In this document: piece after piece, positions 49,490-58,795 of the stretch
Layout: each line of letters starts with the position of its first letter
Numbering within the stretch: the first letter of the stretch is position 1
Origin: Longimicrobiales bacterium
Lineage (GTDB): Bacteria; Gemmatimonadota; Gemmatimonadetes; Longimicrobiales; RSA9
Length of the DNA stretch: 64,000 nucleotides
Direction: 5' to 3'
NCBI GenBank assembly: GCA_050732575.1
Contig: JBOHRF010000002.1
Coordinates: 2,895-66,894, forward strand
Position numbers and translations under genes: made by a program
Notes under the pieces: model-generated
Databases searched by the model: none
What the model saw: only the letters and a program-made list of their open reading frames with translations
Told to the model about the DNA's origin: nothing

Positions 49490-51343
49490 TCATCGGCCGT
49501 GCCCGGAGCCGGCAAGTTCCTGCACCGCCTGAGCGATGTGCCGCTCCGAGATGCCGGCCGCGTCGAGCAGTTCAGCCGGCGTGCCCGAGCCTGGCATATC
49601 GCGCACGGCGAGGTGGCGGAACCTGGTGAGTTTGTCGGCTGCACCGGCCTCTGCGAGAGCTGCGAGCACGGCGTCGCCGAGGCCGCCTTCGGCCCAGTGA
49701 TCCTCCACCACGCAGAGCCGCCCGCCGGTCGTGCGCAGCGCGTCCAGAAGAGCGCCAGTATCGATCGGCTTCACCGAATAGGCATCGATCACGCGGACTT
49801 TGATCGTTGCCATCAGCGAATCGGCGGCCTTGATCGCCTCGTGCACGGTGATGCCGGCTGCGATCACGGTTACTTGGTCATCCGGCTGACCGCCTCGCAC
49901 GATCCGGCTACCACCTACTCGAAACTCGAGGTCTTCCAAGTAGAGGATGGGCGTTTCTCCGCGTGTCGTGCGGATGTAGCTGATGCCATCGAGCTCGACC
50001 ATCAGGCCGACCAGGCGTGCGGTCTGGTTTGCATCGCACGGATAGAGGACCGTGCTGCCGTGGACCGCCCGCATCATCGCTATGTCCGCTAGAGCCATCT
50101 GGGACGGGCCGTCCTCCCCAATCGATACGCCGGCATGCGAGCCGGCCAGACGGATATTCGCGCGCGAGACCGCTGCCATGCGTATGAAGTCGAAGGCACG
50201 GGTCAGGAACGCCGCGAATGTCGACGCGAACGGTACCAGCCCAACCACCTGCATGCCGACGGCGGTGGCGACCATCTGCTGTTCGGCGATGTACATCTCG
50301 AAGAAACGGTCAGGCGCGGTCTCTTTGAAATCCTGGGCGTGCGTCGAATTGCTGACCTCGGCGTCAAGCACAACAACATCGCTACGCGCGGCGCCCAGCA
50401 CGGCGAGCGCTTCACCATACGCTTTGCGCGTCGCGATCGGCTCGTGGTACGTCTTCCACGCTGGCTTCCGGGGCGCGGGTCGTTTGGGCGCCTGCCAGCG
50501 ATCGGGCTTCAGGGTCGAGAACGTGCGCGAGCCGGCGGCGCCGATTTCGGCGAGCGCATTTTCCGCCTGCTGCGCGTCGAGCGCCTTCCCGTGCCAACCC
50601 TCTTTGTCCTCGAGAAAAGAAACGCCCTTGCCCTTCACGGTCCTGGCTACAATCACGGTCGGCCGCTCGTCGCTGCGTGCGAGTGTCAACGCCTGGTCGA
50701 TCGCGCTGAAGTCGTGCCCGTCGATCACGATGGGTTCACAACCGAACGCCTTCACCCGAGCCGCGTATGCGTCGAGGTTCCACTCCAGCTCGGTCGGGCC
50801 GCGCTGCCCGAGCCGGTTTACATCGAAGATTGCAGTGAAGTTGGAGAGGCCCTCGTGACCTGCGTGGTCCAGACCTTCCCAGATCGAGCCCTCGGTGAGT
50901 TCGCTGTCGCCGGTCAGCGTCCACACGTGGAACGGCGCGTCGAGCACGCACTTGCCGGCGAGCGCAATGCCGACGGCAATCGGCAGGCCCTGGCCAAGCG
51001 ATCCAGTGGCGACGTCGATCCAGGGCAGCACGGGCGTGGGATGTCCTTCGAGCCGGCTGCCGAACTTGCGGAAGGTCATGAGTTCGTTGTCGGTGATCGC
51101 ACCGGCGGCGCGGAAGAGCGAGTAGTTCAGCGGCGAAGCGTGGCCCTTGCTGAAGATCAGGTGGTCATTCGCCGCGTCCTTCGGTTTCCCCCAGTCATAT
51201 CGGAGGTGGCCGGCCAGGAGGACCGCCATCAGATCGGCGGCCGAGAGCGATGATGTCGGATGCCCGGAGCCGGCGGCCGTCGAGCAGCGGATCGAGTCGG
51301 CGCGCAACTGTCGCGCGAGCGCATGGCAGAGTTCGAGGTTCAT
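49490..51343 (-). CDS. tkt: Transketolase
   Basis: GSGHPTSSLSAADL, GSLGQGLPIAVG and GEDGPSQMALADIA blocks. The start ATG overlaps the GH15 stop (ATGA). Confidence 0.9.
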   Translation of the reverse strand: MNLELCHALARQLRADSIRCSTAAGSGHPTSSLSAADLMAVLLAGHLRYDWGKPKDAANDHLIFSKGHASPLNYSLFRAAGAITDNELMTFRKFGSRLEGHPTPVLPWIDVATGSLGQGLPIAVGIALAGKCVLDAPFHVWTLTGDSELTEGSIWEGLDHAGHEGLSNFTAIFDVNRLGQRGPTELEWNLDAYAARVKAFGCEPIVIDGHDFSAIDQALTLARSDERPTVIVARTVKGKGVSFLEDKEGWHGKALDAQQAENALAEIGAAGSRTFSTLKPDRWQAPKRPAPRKPAWKTYHEPIATRKAYGEALAVLGAARSDVVVLDAEVSNSTHAQDFKETAPDRFFEMYIAEQQMVATAVGMQVVGLVPFASTFAAFLTRAFDFIRMAAVSRANIRLAGSHAGVSIGEDGPSQMALADIAMMRAVHGSTVLYPCDANQTARLVGLMVELDGISYIRTTRGETPILYLEDLEFRVGGSRIVRGGQPDDQVTVIAAGITVHEAIKAADSLMATIKVRVIDAYSVKPIDTGALLDALRTTGGRLCVVEDHWAEGGLGDAVLAALAEAGAADKLTRFRHLAVRDMPGSGTPAELLDAAGISERHIAQAVQELAGSGHGR

Positions 51344-53742
51344 GTGCTGCCCTCCACCGTGACCTCGAAGTCGCGGCCTTCCCACCGCTCGGCCGCGGGC
51401 CAGAAGAACGTGAATCGGATCGGGGCCGTCTGCTCGCAGGCAATTGGTATGTCCACGAAATCGATCTTGACCGCAGTTCCCGTCGAGGCGGAGTCCACGG
51501 CGGCGGCCCATTCTCCAGCCGTCCAGTGCAGGCGGAACGGCGCACGCGCCTGCACACGCAGGATCGAGCCCGGCCGGATCGAGCGAACGCGGCGGTGGAA
51601 CGTCCAGACCTCGATCGGCGGTTCGCAACGGACGGACTGGTAGCGCTCGACAACAGCAGGAATGCGATCGAAGACCTGCCCGTTGTGCACCGACCAGAGC
51701 AGCTTGACGTATTCGGCATGGGCCCATATCAGCGGCGTCGCCGAGCCGGTAGGCCCGCCCAGACACATGCGCGCCTGGGGCAAGTCGGGGGCATCCCAGA
51801 CCTGCTCGGGCAGCAATCCGGCGGCGGTCGCGAATCCTTCCATGGCGCGCAGGTACCGATCGATGTCCCGGCCGGCCGCCAGTTCATAGTGTGCGCGCTC
51901 GCCCGTGAGCAGCGGCCACGCTCGACCCGTCCCCCAGCCGATAAACGAGCCGCCATCGTCGCGTTGCCCGTAGCCATCGTGATTGTACCGGCGCCAGCAG
52001 GGACCGGACGGCATGTCCACCTTGAGCAGCGCGTCCACCACGCGGAGCGAGTCCTCGATGAGGTCGGTTCCGGCCTTCCGTACGCCGTAGCGGACCAGTT
52101 CGAGAAATCCCGCGTCGACGATCTCCTTAGCGGGGAAGTCAGTTGGCAGGCCGGGAGCGCGGTTGCGGATTTTCAGCACGCCGCGGTTGGGGTCCTCGTC
52201 GGGCTCGGGATCGTTGGGGTCGACCGGTCGAATTCGAATGAAGTGCCTCGTAATGCCCGGCACAAGGGTGCCTTCGGTCGTCACGGTCCAGGCCTCGAGG
52301 TGGCATTCCAGGAAGTCGGCGTGCCGCTCGAGAAACGTTGCAGTCGCCTCGTCTCCCCGCTCACGCGCAAAGGCCGCCGCGCAAACGAGCGCGGTGATGC
52401 TCACGGCGAGGGTCGACGGTGAATAGCCACTACTCTCTTCCCAACGCTCCTGCGGCGTGGCCGGCCCGTGCCCGACCAAGTAGCCGGCGGCGCGCAGCAC
52501 CATTGTGTACGGATCGAAGTCGCGCAGCGCTTTGGCCTCGTGAAGCTTCCACGCGAGCAGGACCGAGAAAGCAACTTCGTCGTGCTGGATGGCGTGCCAG
52601 AACGGCTCGCCATCGATCCAGAAGTTCTGGTTGAACGCGCCGTCCGGGCGCTGTGTGCAGGCAAGGTAGACGAGAGCGCGCAGTGGCGCATCGACGTTCC
52701 CCGAGGCCAGGAGCCCGCCCGTGCCTGCGACCATGTCCCGCGTCCACACGAGGTGATATCCGCCCAGGTCCTCGTCCCCCCTCGTCTCGCCCCATGGGAT
52801 GCTTAGCGATGCGACCATCGCCCCCGGATACCGCTTGTCCTCATGCGCGACGAGCAGACTGTGGCTCGCGTGATAGAGACGTCCGCCGTCCCGGCTCGCC
52901 GAGGCGAGCGGAGCGAGGTGGCGACAGGCACGGCCCCACTGCTCGACGAAGCGGTCGCGCTGCTCCTCGAACGGAAAGCTCAGCGATTGCAGCAGAATCG
53001 TCGTGGCGTGGTGCAGGCTGTTGCCGAAGCTCAGGCCCAGGGTGAACTCGAAGTTGGAGCGCAGCTCGAGTTCCCCAATGAGAGCCACGTTGCCGTTTTC
53101 CGCCGCGTCTAACTCCCAGTCCATCCGCAGATTGTCCGCCAGGTCCGTCCACCCGTCGGAAGTCCCGACGAAGCCGCAGGACCGGTGAACAAACGGGACG
53201 GTCGCTCCCAGGGCGAGCCATGTGCCGTGTTTCTGTGCAGTCAGGAGCTCGCGGCCAGCGGCCTCGGCGGCATACGCGTTGTTCTCCCATCCGCCCACTT
53301 CCAGGTGCGGCGCAACGAGCGCGAACAGGCGGAGTTTTGCCAGAAATTCGCTGTCGCCTTCCAGCCGAGTTCGTAGCAGGACACAGGGTTGGTGGGGGTC
53401 GGCAATCACTTCCTTGATGATCGCGTAGCGACCCTCGCGGTCACGGTTGGTCATCCGGATGCCCAACGCAGAGCCTTCATACCGCTCGAGACTCGAATCG
53501 AGATGGCGCCGCTCGTCATGGAAGAAGCTCTCGCCATCGGTCACCAGGTACTGGAGATCGCGGATCTGGGGTCGGTCGACAGTAGGGTAGTAAACCTCGT
53601 TCAGCACCCCGGCCGAGACGGTAAACCACACGCTACTGCCCGCTGAGTAAGCGGTCCCGATCGCTTCCTTGGCGCCCCGGGTCCAGCGTGGCGCCATGCC
53701 AGGAGCACCGAACGCGCGCCGAGCCGTGCGAAGGATTGTCAA
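51340..53742 (-). CDS. GH15 glucoamylase/glucodextranase-family glycoside hydrolase
   Basis: GAPGMAPRWTRGAKEAIGTAYS...VWFTVSAGVLNEVYYPTVD N-terminal domain, an (alpha/alpha)6 catalytic region (YHLVWTRD, WEESSGYSPSTLA), and an extra C-terminal domain. TTG start. Confidence 0.85.
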   Translation of the reverse strand: MTILRTARRAFGAPGMAPRWTRGAKEAIGTAYSAGSSVWFTVSAGVLNEVYYPTVDRPQIRDLQYLVTDGESFFHDERRHLDSSLERYEGSALGIRMTNRDREGRYAIIKEVIADPHQPCVLLRTRLEGDSEFLAKLRLFALVAPHLEVGGWENNAYAAEAAGRELLTAQKHGTWLALGATVPFVHRSCGFVGTSDGWTDLADNLRMDWELDAAENGNVALIGELELRSNFEFTLGLSFGNSLHHATTILLQSLSFPFEEQRDRFVEQWGRACRHLAPLASASRDGGRLYHASHSLLVAHEDKRYPGAMVASLSIPWGETRGDEDLGGYHLVWTRDMVAGTGGLLASGNVDAPLRALVYLACTQRPDGAFNQNFWIDGEPFWHAIQHDEVAFSVLLAWKLHEAKALRDFDPYTMVLRAAGYLVGHGPATPQERWEESSGYSPSTLAVSITALVCAAAFARERGDEATATFLERHADFLECHLEAWTVTTEGTLVPGITRHFIRIRPVDPNDPEPDEDPNRGVLKIRNRAPGLPTDFPAKEIVDAGFLELVRYGVRKAGTDLIEDSLRVVDALLKVDMPSGPCWRRYNHDGYGQRDDGGSFIGWGTGRAWPLLTGERAHYELAAGRDIDRYLRAMEGFATAAGLLPEQVWDAPDLPQARMCLGGPTGSATPLIWAHAEYVKLLWSVHNGQVFDRIPAVVERYQSVRCEPPIEVWTFHRRVRSIRPGSILRVQARAPFRLHWTAGEWAAAVDSASTGTAVKIDFVDIPIACEQTAPIRFTFFWPAAERWEGRDFEVTVEGST

Positions 53743-53793
53743 TCTATTTTAGCCATTCCTTTCAACAGCCTGTGCGTCCGCACCCCCGCGAGT

Positions 53794-53991
53794 TCATTTC
53801 ACGAGCAATGTCGCCTTCATGGTCGGGTGGAATGTGCAAATGTAGGCATAATCTCCCGTCCGGGTCGCGTTACTTCCACGATTTGCCAGGTGCGATTGGG
53901 CAACAACGATGCCAACCTTGCCAGCGGCAAATCGCAACAGCCGCGGCCAACAAGATGAGGGAGTGTGGCGTGACGCCCCGTGCGTTGCCAT
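53794..53991 (-). pseudogene. Cupredoxin-like gene remnant
   Basis: The C-terminus GDYAYICTFHPTMKATLLVK matches the type-1 copper site pattern (C..H..M). The upstream part is too short, and a signal-peptide-like stretch lies in a different frame. Confidence 0.4.
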
Positions 53992-54029
53992 GGCGCCCCT
54001 ACCGCGGCGCAAACAACACCGAGTGACCT

Positions 54030-54228
54030 TCAGCTCCAGTGACCGAGGACGTAACGCTCCATGGCGCGAGCGAAGCCCTCCTCCTCCGACGAGGTCGTCA
54101 CGACAGCAGCACAACGTTTGGCGTCGTCTGGCGTGACCCATAGCGATGCCAAGGCCGGCCCCGCGGAACATGGGTACGTCGTTGGGTAAGTCGCCGATCG
54201 CGGCCATGATCGAGGGGGATGCGCAAAA
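54030..54228 (-). pseudogene. Cof-type HAD phosphatase C-terminal fragment (frameshifted)
   Basis: IMAAIGDLPNDVPMFRGAGLGIAMGHA, then after a +1 shift PDDAKRCAAVVTTSSEEEGFARAMERYVLGHWS*. No N-terminal HAD motifs are present. Confidence 0.55.
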
Positions 54229-54291
54229 GCTCTGAGATTCGCTTAATGACTCGCCCCTTGTCGCTTCTGGATGGGGACGTCGAGATGGGCC

Positions 54292-54669
54292 ATCGACGTT
54301 CAACGCTGCACCTGCCGAACAACCGCGCGCGTGGATGCGGCCCGCGAGCGACGCCGGATCCGTCACCGTTTCAACGTGGAAGGTCAGGACGTCGGCACCC
54401 GCGGCAGCAAACGACTCGATGAATCGGCCGGGGTCCTCCACCATCAAGTGGACGTTGAGGACGAGATCGGTGACGCCTCGGACCGCTTCGAGAATGAGCG
54501 GGCCGAAGGAGAGATTGCGAGCGAAGTACCCGTCCATGACGTCCACATGCAGCAGGACCGCGCCCGCGGCCTCGACGCGAGCAATCTCGTCGCCAAGATG
54601 GGCAAGGTCGGCGGCCAGTATGGAAGGCGCGACGGCCGGGCGAGCGAGATCTTCAAGGCGCCGCCTCAT
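54292..54669 (-). pseudogene. rpe: Ribulose-phosphate 3-epimerase, N-terminal about 125 aa only
   Basis: PSILAADLAHLGDEIARVEAAGAVLLHVDVMDGYFARNLSFGP...NVHLMVEDP...FHVE. The C-terminal half of the barrel is missing and the ORF runs into the HAD fragment. Confidence 0.6.
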
Positions 54670-54893
54670 CGAGCGCCTCCGAGGAGCCGGCCGGCTGCCG
54701 TGTCCTCCACCCAGTAAAACTCGCCCTCGGTACGGACGCAGCTTGCGGGAATGTCCCGATCACCAGCGATTGCTCGCTGAAGCGCCTCGGCCTTGCTCGC
54801 ACCTGTCACGAGGAAGACCACGCGCGCGGACCGATTCCGCTGCCAACCAGGCCCTGGAGCCACGGATCCGATGGCAGCGCCAGTACCGGCGAT
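54666..54893 (-). pseudogene. 6-phosphogluconolactonase C-terminal fragment
   Basis: AGTGAAIGS...ARVVFLVTGASKAEALQRAIAG...W resembles the C-terminus of the intact pgl half of 45600..47084 (PGTAAIHE...[15 protein letters not shown]). Confidence 0.5.
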
Positions 54894-55309
54894 TCAATAC
54901 GCACGAAGCGGTAAAGATCCAGCGTTTGCCGCTTTTTCGAATCCAGGACCCAGCCGAGATCATGAACCCGAAAGCTAGCGAATCCGGAACGTTGACCAAC
55001 GCGTAGTTGACCGCTGACGTTGAATGGGAACGCATCACTCGCCTCGAGCTTGTTCCCACCGAATGCGACCAAGCCTGGAACGTTTACGCTCGACTCTCGC
55101 TGATCGTCCGAAGGCCCGTTGGAGCTGCCAGCAAACCGGAGTTGCTTCCCACCACTTTTGCAGCTGCCGCCTGCTAATTCATGCGACTATCCTTGTGCTT
55201 GCTGGTTCATCTTAGGGGGAAATGATGAGGGCCGTCGCGGGACTCTGCGATCGATGGAGCAACAGAACCGACGCGGCGAACTCAGCAAGGCCTGTCATGC
55301 GAATGGAGG

Positions 55310-55564
55310 CTACCCTTCGCATTCGCGGCGGCCGAGTGTCCAGGGTGGCGAATCGCTGGCCGGAAAAGAGTCATCGGACGCCTCATCCACTTCGTCCCAT
55401 TCTGTGGGGACGCTAGAAGTGGTGTCCTCGCTCGTCTCGTCTCGAGACTGTTTTTCCACGTGTTGTCCGGCGCGACGATTCTTGTCTTGCGGTTGCCTGG
55501 TCAATGCCTTCTCGTATCTGGTTCGAAGGCTCGCCTGTCTGCTGCGTCTGCGGGCGGCGCTCAT
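55310..55564 (-). CDS. Small basic/acidic protein ending in a DEASDDSFPASDSPPW motif
   Basis: 84 codons from ATG 55564. The C-terminal (E/D)SFPASDPP-like motif recurs in small uncharacterised bacterial proteins (from memory). It could instead be the tail of the kinase remnant upstream. Confidence 0.4.
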   Translation of the reverse strand: MSAARRRSRQASLRTRYEKALTRQPQDKNRRAGQHVEKQSRDETSEDTTSSVPTEWDEVDEASDDSFPASDSPPWTLGRRECEG

Positions 55565-55865
55565 TTCAGGATTGCTCCACGCGCAGGTCCCCTTCAAAGA
55601 CGAATCGTGTGTCAGAATCGCTCGCCCTAGCCCAAGTCTGACGCTCGACCCGCCGCGATTGGGACCCTTTTTGAGCCTGCCAAAACCGCTCGCACAAGTG
55701 CGAAAGATGCTCGTTCGGAATGCCTTGGCCCGTATCCGATACCGAAAAGCGCACGGCGTCGCCAGCAGATTCTGCCCGCAGGGTAATTCGACCTCCAGCC
55801 TCGGTTGGCGCGACTCGCGGGCGCTCGAATCCAGCACAAGTCACAAGACTAGAAAGCCCCATCAC
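55565..55865 (-). pseudogene. Histidine kinase HATPase_c fragment (frameshifted), abutting the tRNA
   Basis: GGRITLRAESAGDAVRFSVSDTGQGIPNEHLSHLCERFWQ in one frame, then LGLGRAIL...LKGTCAWSNPE in another. No HisKA or sensor part lies upstream, because the tRNA gene is there. Confidence 0.55.
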
Positions 55866-55897
55866 TCACAAAGCATGATGGAACTTTCCGTTAATCA

Positions 55898-55971
<74 letters not shown>

Positions 55972-55974
55972 GAA

Positions 55975-56003
55975 CTTTTGAGCGCGCAACATACTTCTGC
56001 CAA
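55975..56003 (-). promoter_or_regulatory. Possible sigma70-type promoter for tRNA-Val
   Basis: The minus strand reads TTGGCA, a 17-nt spacer, then CAAAAG, ending 3 nt before tRNA position 1. The -10 element is weak. Confidence 0.3.
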
Positions 56004-56030
56004 TCGGCGCGGGCCACCAGCGAGAGTGCG

Positions 56031-56057
56031 AAAAAAACGGCGCCCCGAAAGGGCGCC
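56031..56057 (-). terminator. Canonical intrinsic terminator with no annotated gene upstream
   Basis: The minus strand reads GGCGCCC-tttcg-GGGCGCC-G-TTTTTTT. Confidence 0.7.
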
Positions 56058-56246
56058 ACCAAGACGTTGAATATAGCGGAGTTACAGGTTCGTTCAACCC
56101 CTGGAGCCAGGATAGGCCCTTTAGTCTTGACCTGGCCGCTACACGGCATGAGCTTCCGTACAGAAGTGAGCCATCCGGCGGCCTAGCCGCCAATTTGACT
56201 CCGTCAATCCGACCATCAGGCCGCGAAGGAGCGAGCCATCCGCAGA

Positions 56247-58781
56247 TTGGTTTCTGCCGGGCGTTGGAGCATCACCACTATCTCATTGTTGGCTCTGGTG
56301 ATAGCGCCGGCATTGGGTCGCTGGGATCTGGCAGCCCAGAATCCGCTGCCCTTTCCTGCAGCCAGCGGCGAGGTAACGCCCCCCACGTCGATCGCGGGGT
56401 TGGCCGATGCTCGTCCTGCGTCGGCGCTGGAATTCAGCCGGGCCTGGCTGCTGAAAATGGAATCGGTGCGGCGCAAGCGCGCCGAGCTGGCGGCCGCGGG
56501 TCGACTCGATGGCATGACGCCGGCTGCGGCGGCGCTGGCCGGTGCGGCACTCACGGGCACGTTGCGCGTGCCGGTGCTGGCCGTGCGCTACTCCGATGTC
56601 AAAGAGCCATTCCCGGTCGAAAAGCTGACCGAGCGCCTGTTTGGTGCGCCGCGCGGTGATACCATGACGTACAGTGCGTACTGGCGCGAAGTCTCGGGCG
56701 GCTTGCTCGAGGCCACGGGCGCGTTGACCTCGTGGATCCCGCTGAGCAAACCCGCAGCGCACTATCTGCCCCGCGAGAAATTCGGGTGGGGTCAGTTTGG
56801 TCGGATGAACGAGCTGCGTGCAGAAGCGCTGCGCATGGCCGATCAGATGTTCGATTTCACACAATTCGACAATGACGGTCCGGATGGTGTGCCGGATACG
56901 GACGACGATGATGGGTTCGTCGATTTTGTTGCGTTCGTGTACGCACTTCCCTGTACGGGTGAAACGCGCGCGGGCGCCATCTGGCCGCACCGTGCCGCCA
57001 TGACGCCGTTCGAGACCGGAGATCGGAACCATCGCGGCCAGCCCGTGCGCATCGCGGACTACGTGATTTTACCGGCCGTGGATCCGCAGAGCTGCGGACC
57101 CATGCACATCGGCGTGCTGGCGCACGAGACCGGGCACGCGCTGGGCCTGCCGGACCTCTACGATTACGACGGCACGTCACAGGGTATTGGCGCCTGGGGC
57201 CTGATGGGCACAGGCAGCCACAATGCGCGCCATTCACCTTCCCATCTGTCGGCCTGGGAAAAAGAGCAGCTGGGCTGGGTGAGCGTGAAGTGGTTGCGCG
57301 CCTCGAGCAGTGTGAGCATTGAACCGGTCGAGCGCGACCCTGTGGTTTACCGTTACGATCTGCCGCGTCGTTCGGGTGATTATGTGCTGCTCGAGAATCG
57401 CCAGCGGCTGGGCTCGGACACGTTCCTGCCCGGTCACGGGCTGCTGGCCTGGCGCATCGATTCCGAGCGTGGCGAATTGGGTGCCTGGAACAGTGATGAG
57501 CGGCGCCCCGCCGTGGCCCTGGTCGATGCCGATGGTCGCGCCGATCTGCGCAACGGCGCGCGCGCCGATGTCAGTGATCCTTTCCCGGGTGGCATGGCGC
57601 AGCGCACGTTCGCCATGGCGGATGTGCCCACGTTGCGTTTGACCAACATCACGGAAAATGCGCAAACCATCACGGCCGATGTTGCGGTGGGTCGTGAAGC
57701 GCCTGCGCTGACGCCCGAGACAGATGCCATTCGTTTGACCGCGTTTGCGGGTGATTCCACCGTGTCTTATTCGGTGCGCGTGCATTCCAACGGCGCAGTA
57801 GGCGCCTGGACCGCGGTCACCGATGCAGATTGGCTCGGTCTGGCGCCGGACGGCGATGCGCTGCGCGTGCACGCGAACACGCGCAAACTCGTGCCCGGCC
57901 GGCATACCGAAGTGGTCGATCTGCAGTCCGAGTCCGGGTCCGTTGCCGGGCGGCTCACGGTCGACATCTACATCGCTGAGCCCGGAAGGCCCGAGGTTAT
58001 GGCCACCGATCTGCCCTGGAGCTGGGGCCTGGCGGCACACGGCCCGCAAATCTTCCAGGCCAGCTACGGCTGGGATCCGCTGGGCCTGCGACCGCGGCCG
58101 CGCGTGCTCCATTTGCGCGATGGTGAGCTGCACCCGGCTACTTATGGGCGAGTGCCCGCAGATGCGCTGTTTTCACCCGTGCCGCTGCCCGATGGCTCGG
58201 GCGTGTACGTGATTGCGCGCGCGCGCGATGAGAATTTCATCTATCGCATTGACGCCAATGGCAACGCGACCGTAGTGGCCGCGCGCATTGGTACCAGCCC
58301 CGCCTACGGCGCGGCCTTGTTGCCGGGCGGCGACTTATTGGTTGCCGAATGGAACGGAACGATCTGGCGGGTGAACGCCGAGGGCCAGCATCGTCAGCAT
58401 GCACGCTTGAAGGCGAACCTCTACCAGATCGCGACCGACGCGCGCGGCACGGTGTACGCCGCTACGTATGCGGGTCACGTCATTCGCCTGCATCGTGATG
58501 GTACCGTGCAAACGCTGACCACGGGATTCCAGAAGGGTCGTTTGGTGGCCGTAGCCGCGTCGCCCGACGGCCAGGTCTATGCGGCCGAGCGCGGCGAAAA
58601 CGGTCGCATCATTGGCTTCGATTCGAAGGGGAGTCGCCGTTTGGTGTTCCAGAGCCCGAATGCGCGCTTCTACGGTCTTTCCGTCGAGCAGGAATTCCTC
58701 TACGCACTGGACCTGCAGGAGGGCCGGCTGCTGCGCCTGCCCCTCAACCAACGCACTCGCCAGACTGACGACAACGACTGA
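56247..58781 (+). CDS. Secreted M6-family (immune inhibitor A-like) metalloprotease with a C-terminal beta-propeller-like region
   Basis: Signal peptide. Zinc site VLAHETGHALGLPDLYD. TTG start as in the ORF track. Confidence 0.7.
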   Translation: MVSAGRWSITTISLLALVIAPALGRWDLAAQNPLPFPAASGEVTPPTSIAGLADARPASALEFSRAWLLKMESVRRKRAELAAAGRLDGMTPAAAALAGAALTGTLRVPVLAVRYSDVKEPFPVEKLTERLFGAPRGDTMTYSAYWREVSGGLLEATGALTSWIPLSKPAAHYLPREKFGWGQFGRMNELRAEALRMADQMFDFTQFDNDGPDGVPDTDDDDGFVDFVAFVYALPCTGETRAGAIWPHRAAMTPFETGDRNHRGQPVRIADYVILPAVDPQSCGPMHIGVLAHETGHALGLPDLYDYDGTSQGIGAWGLMGTGSHNARHSPSHLSAWEKEQLGWVSVKWLRASSSVSIEPVERDPVVYRYDLPRRSGDYVLLENRQRLGSDTFLPGHGLLAWRIDSERGELGAWNSDERRPAVALVDADGRADLRNGARADVSDPFPGGMAQRTFAMADVPTLRLTNITENAQTITADVAVGREAPALTPETDAIRLTAFAGDSTVSYSVRVHSNGAVGAWTAVTDADWLGLAPDGDALRVHANTRKLVPGRHTEVVDLQSESGSVAGRLTVDIYIAEPGRPEVMATDLPWSWGLAAHGPQIFQASYGWDPLGLRPRPRVLHLRDGELHPATYGRVPADALFSPVPLPDGSGVYVIARARDENFIYRIDANGNATVVAARIGTSPAYGAALLPGGDLLVAEWNGTIWRVNAEGQHRQHARLKANLYQIATDARGTVYAATYAGHVIRLHRDGTVQTLTTGFQKGRLVAVAASPDGQVYAAERGENGRIIGFDSKGSRRLVFQSPNARFYGLSVEQEFLYALDLQEGRLLRLPLNQRTRQTDDND

Positions 58782-58795
58782 GCGCCGTCAATCGC

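Noticed and set aside
56031-56200. SRP (4.5S) RNA or 6S RNA upstream of tRNA-Val.
   Set aside because: It lacks the SRP helix-8 motifs (GGAA/AGCA loops, CAGGUCCGGAAGGAAGCAGC-like sequence). It shows no long end-to-end pairing with a central bubble as in 6S RNA.
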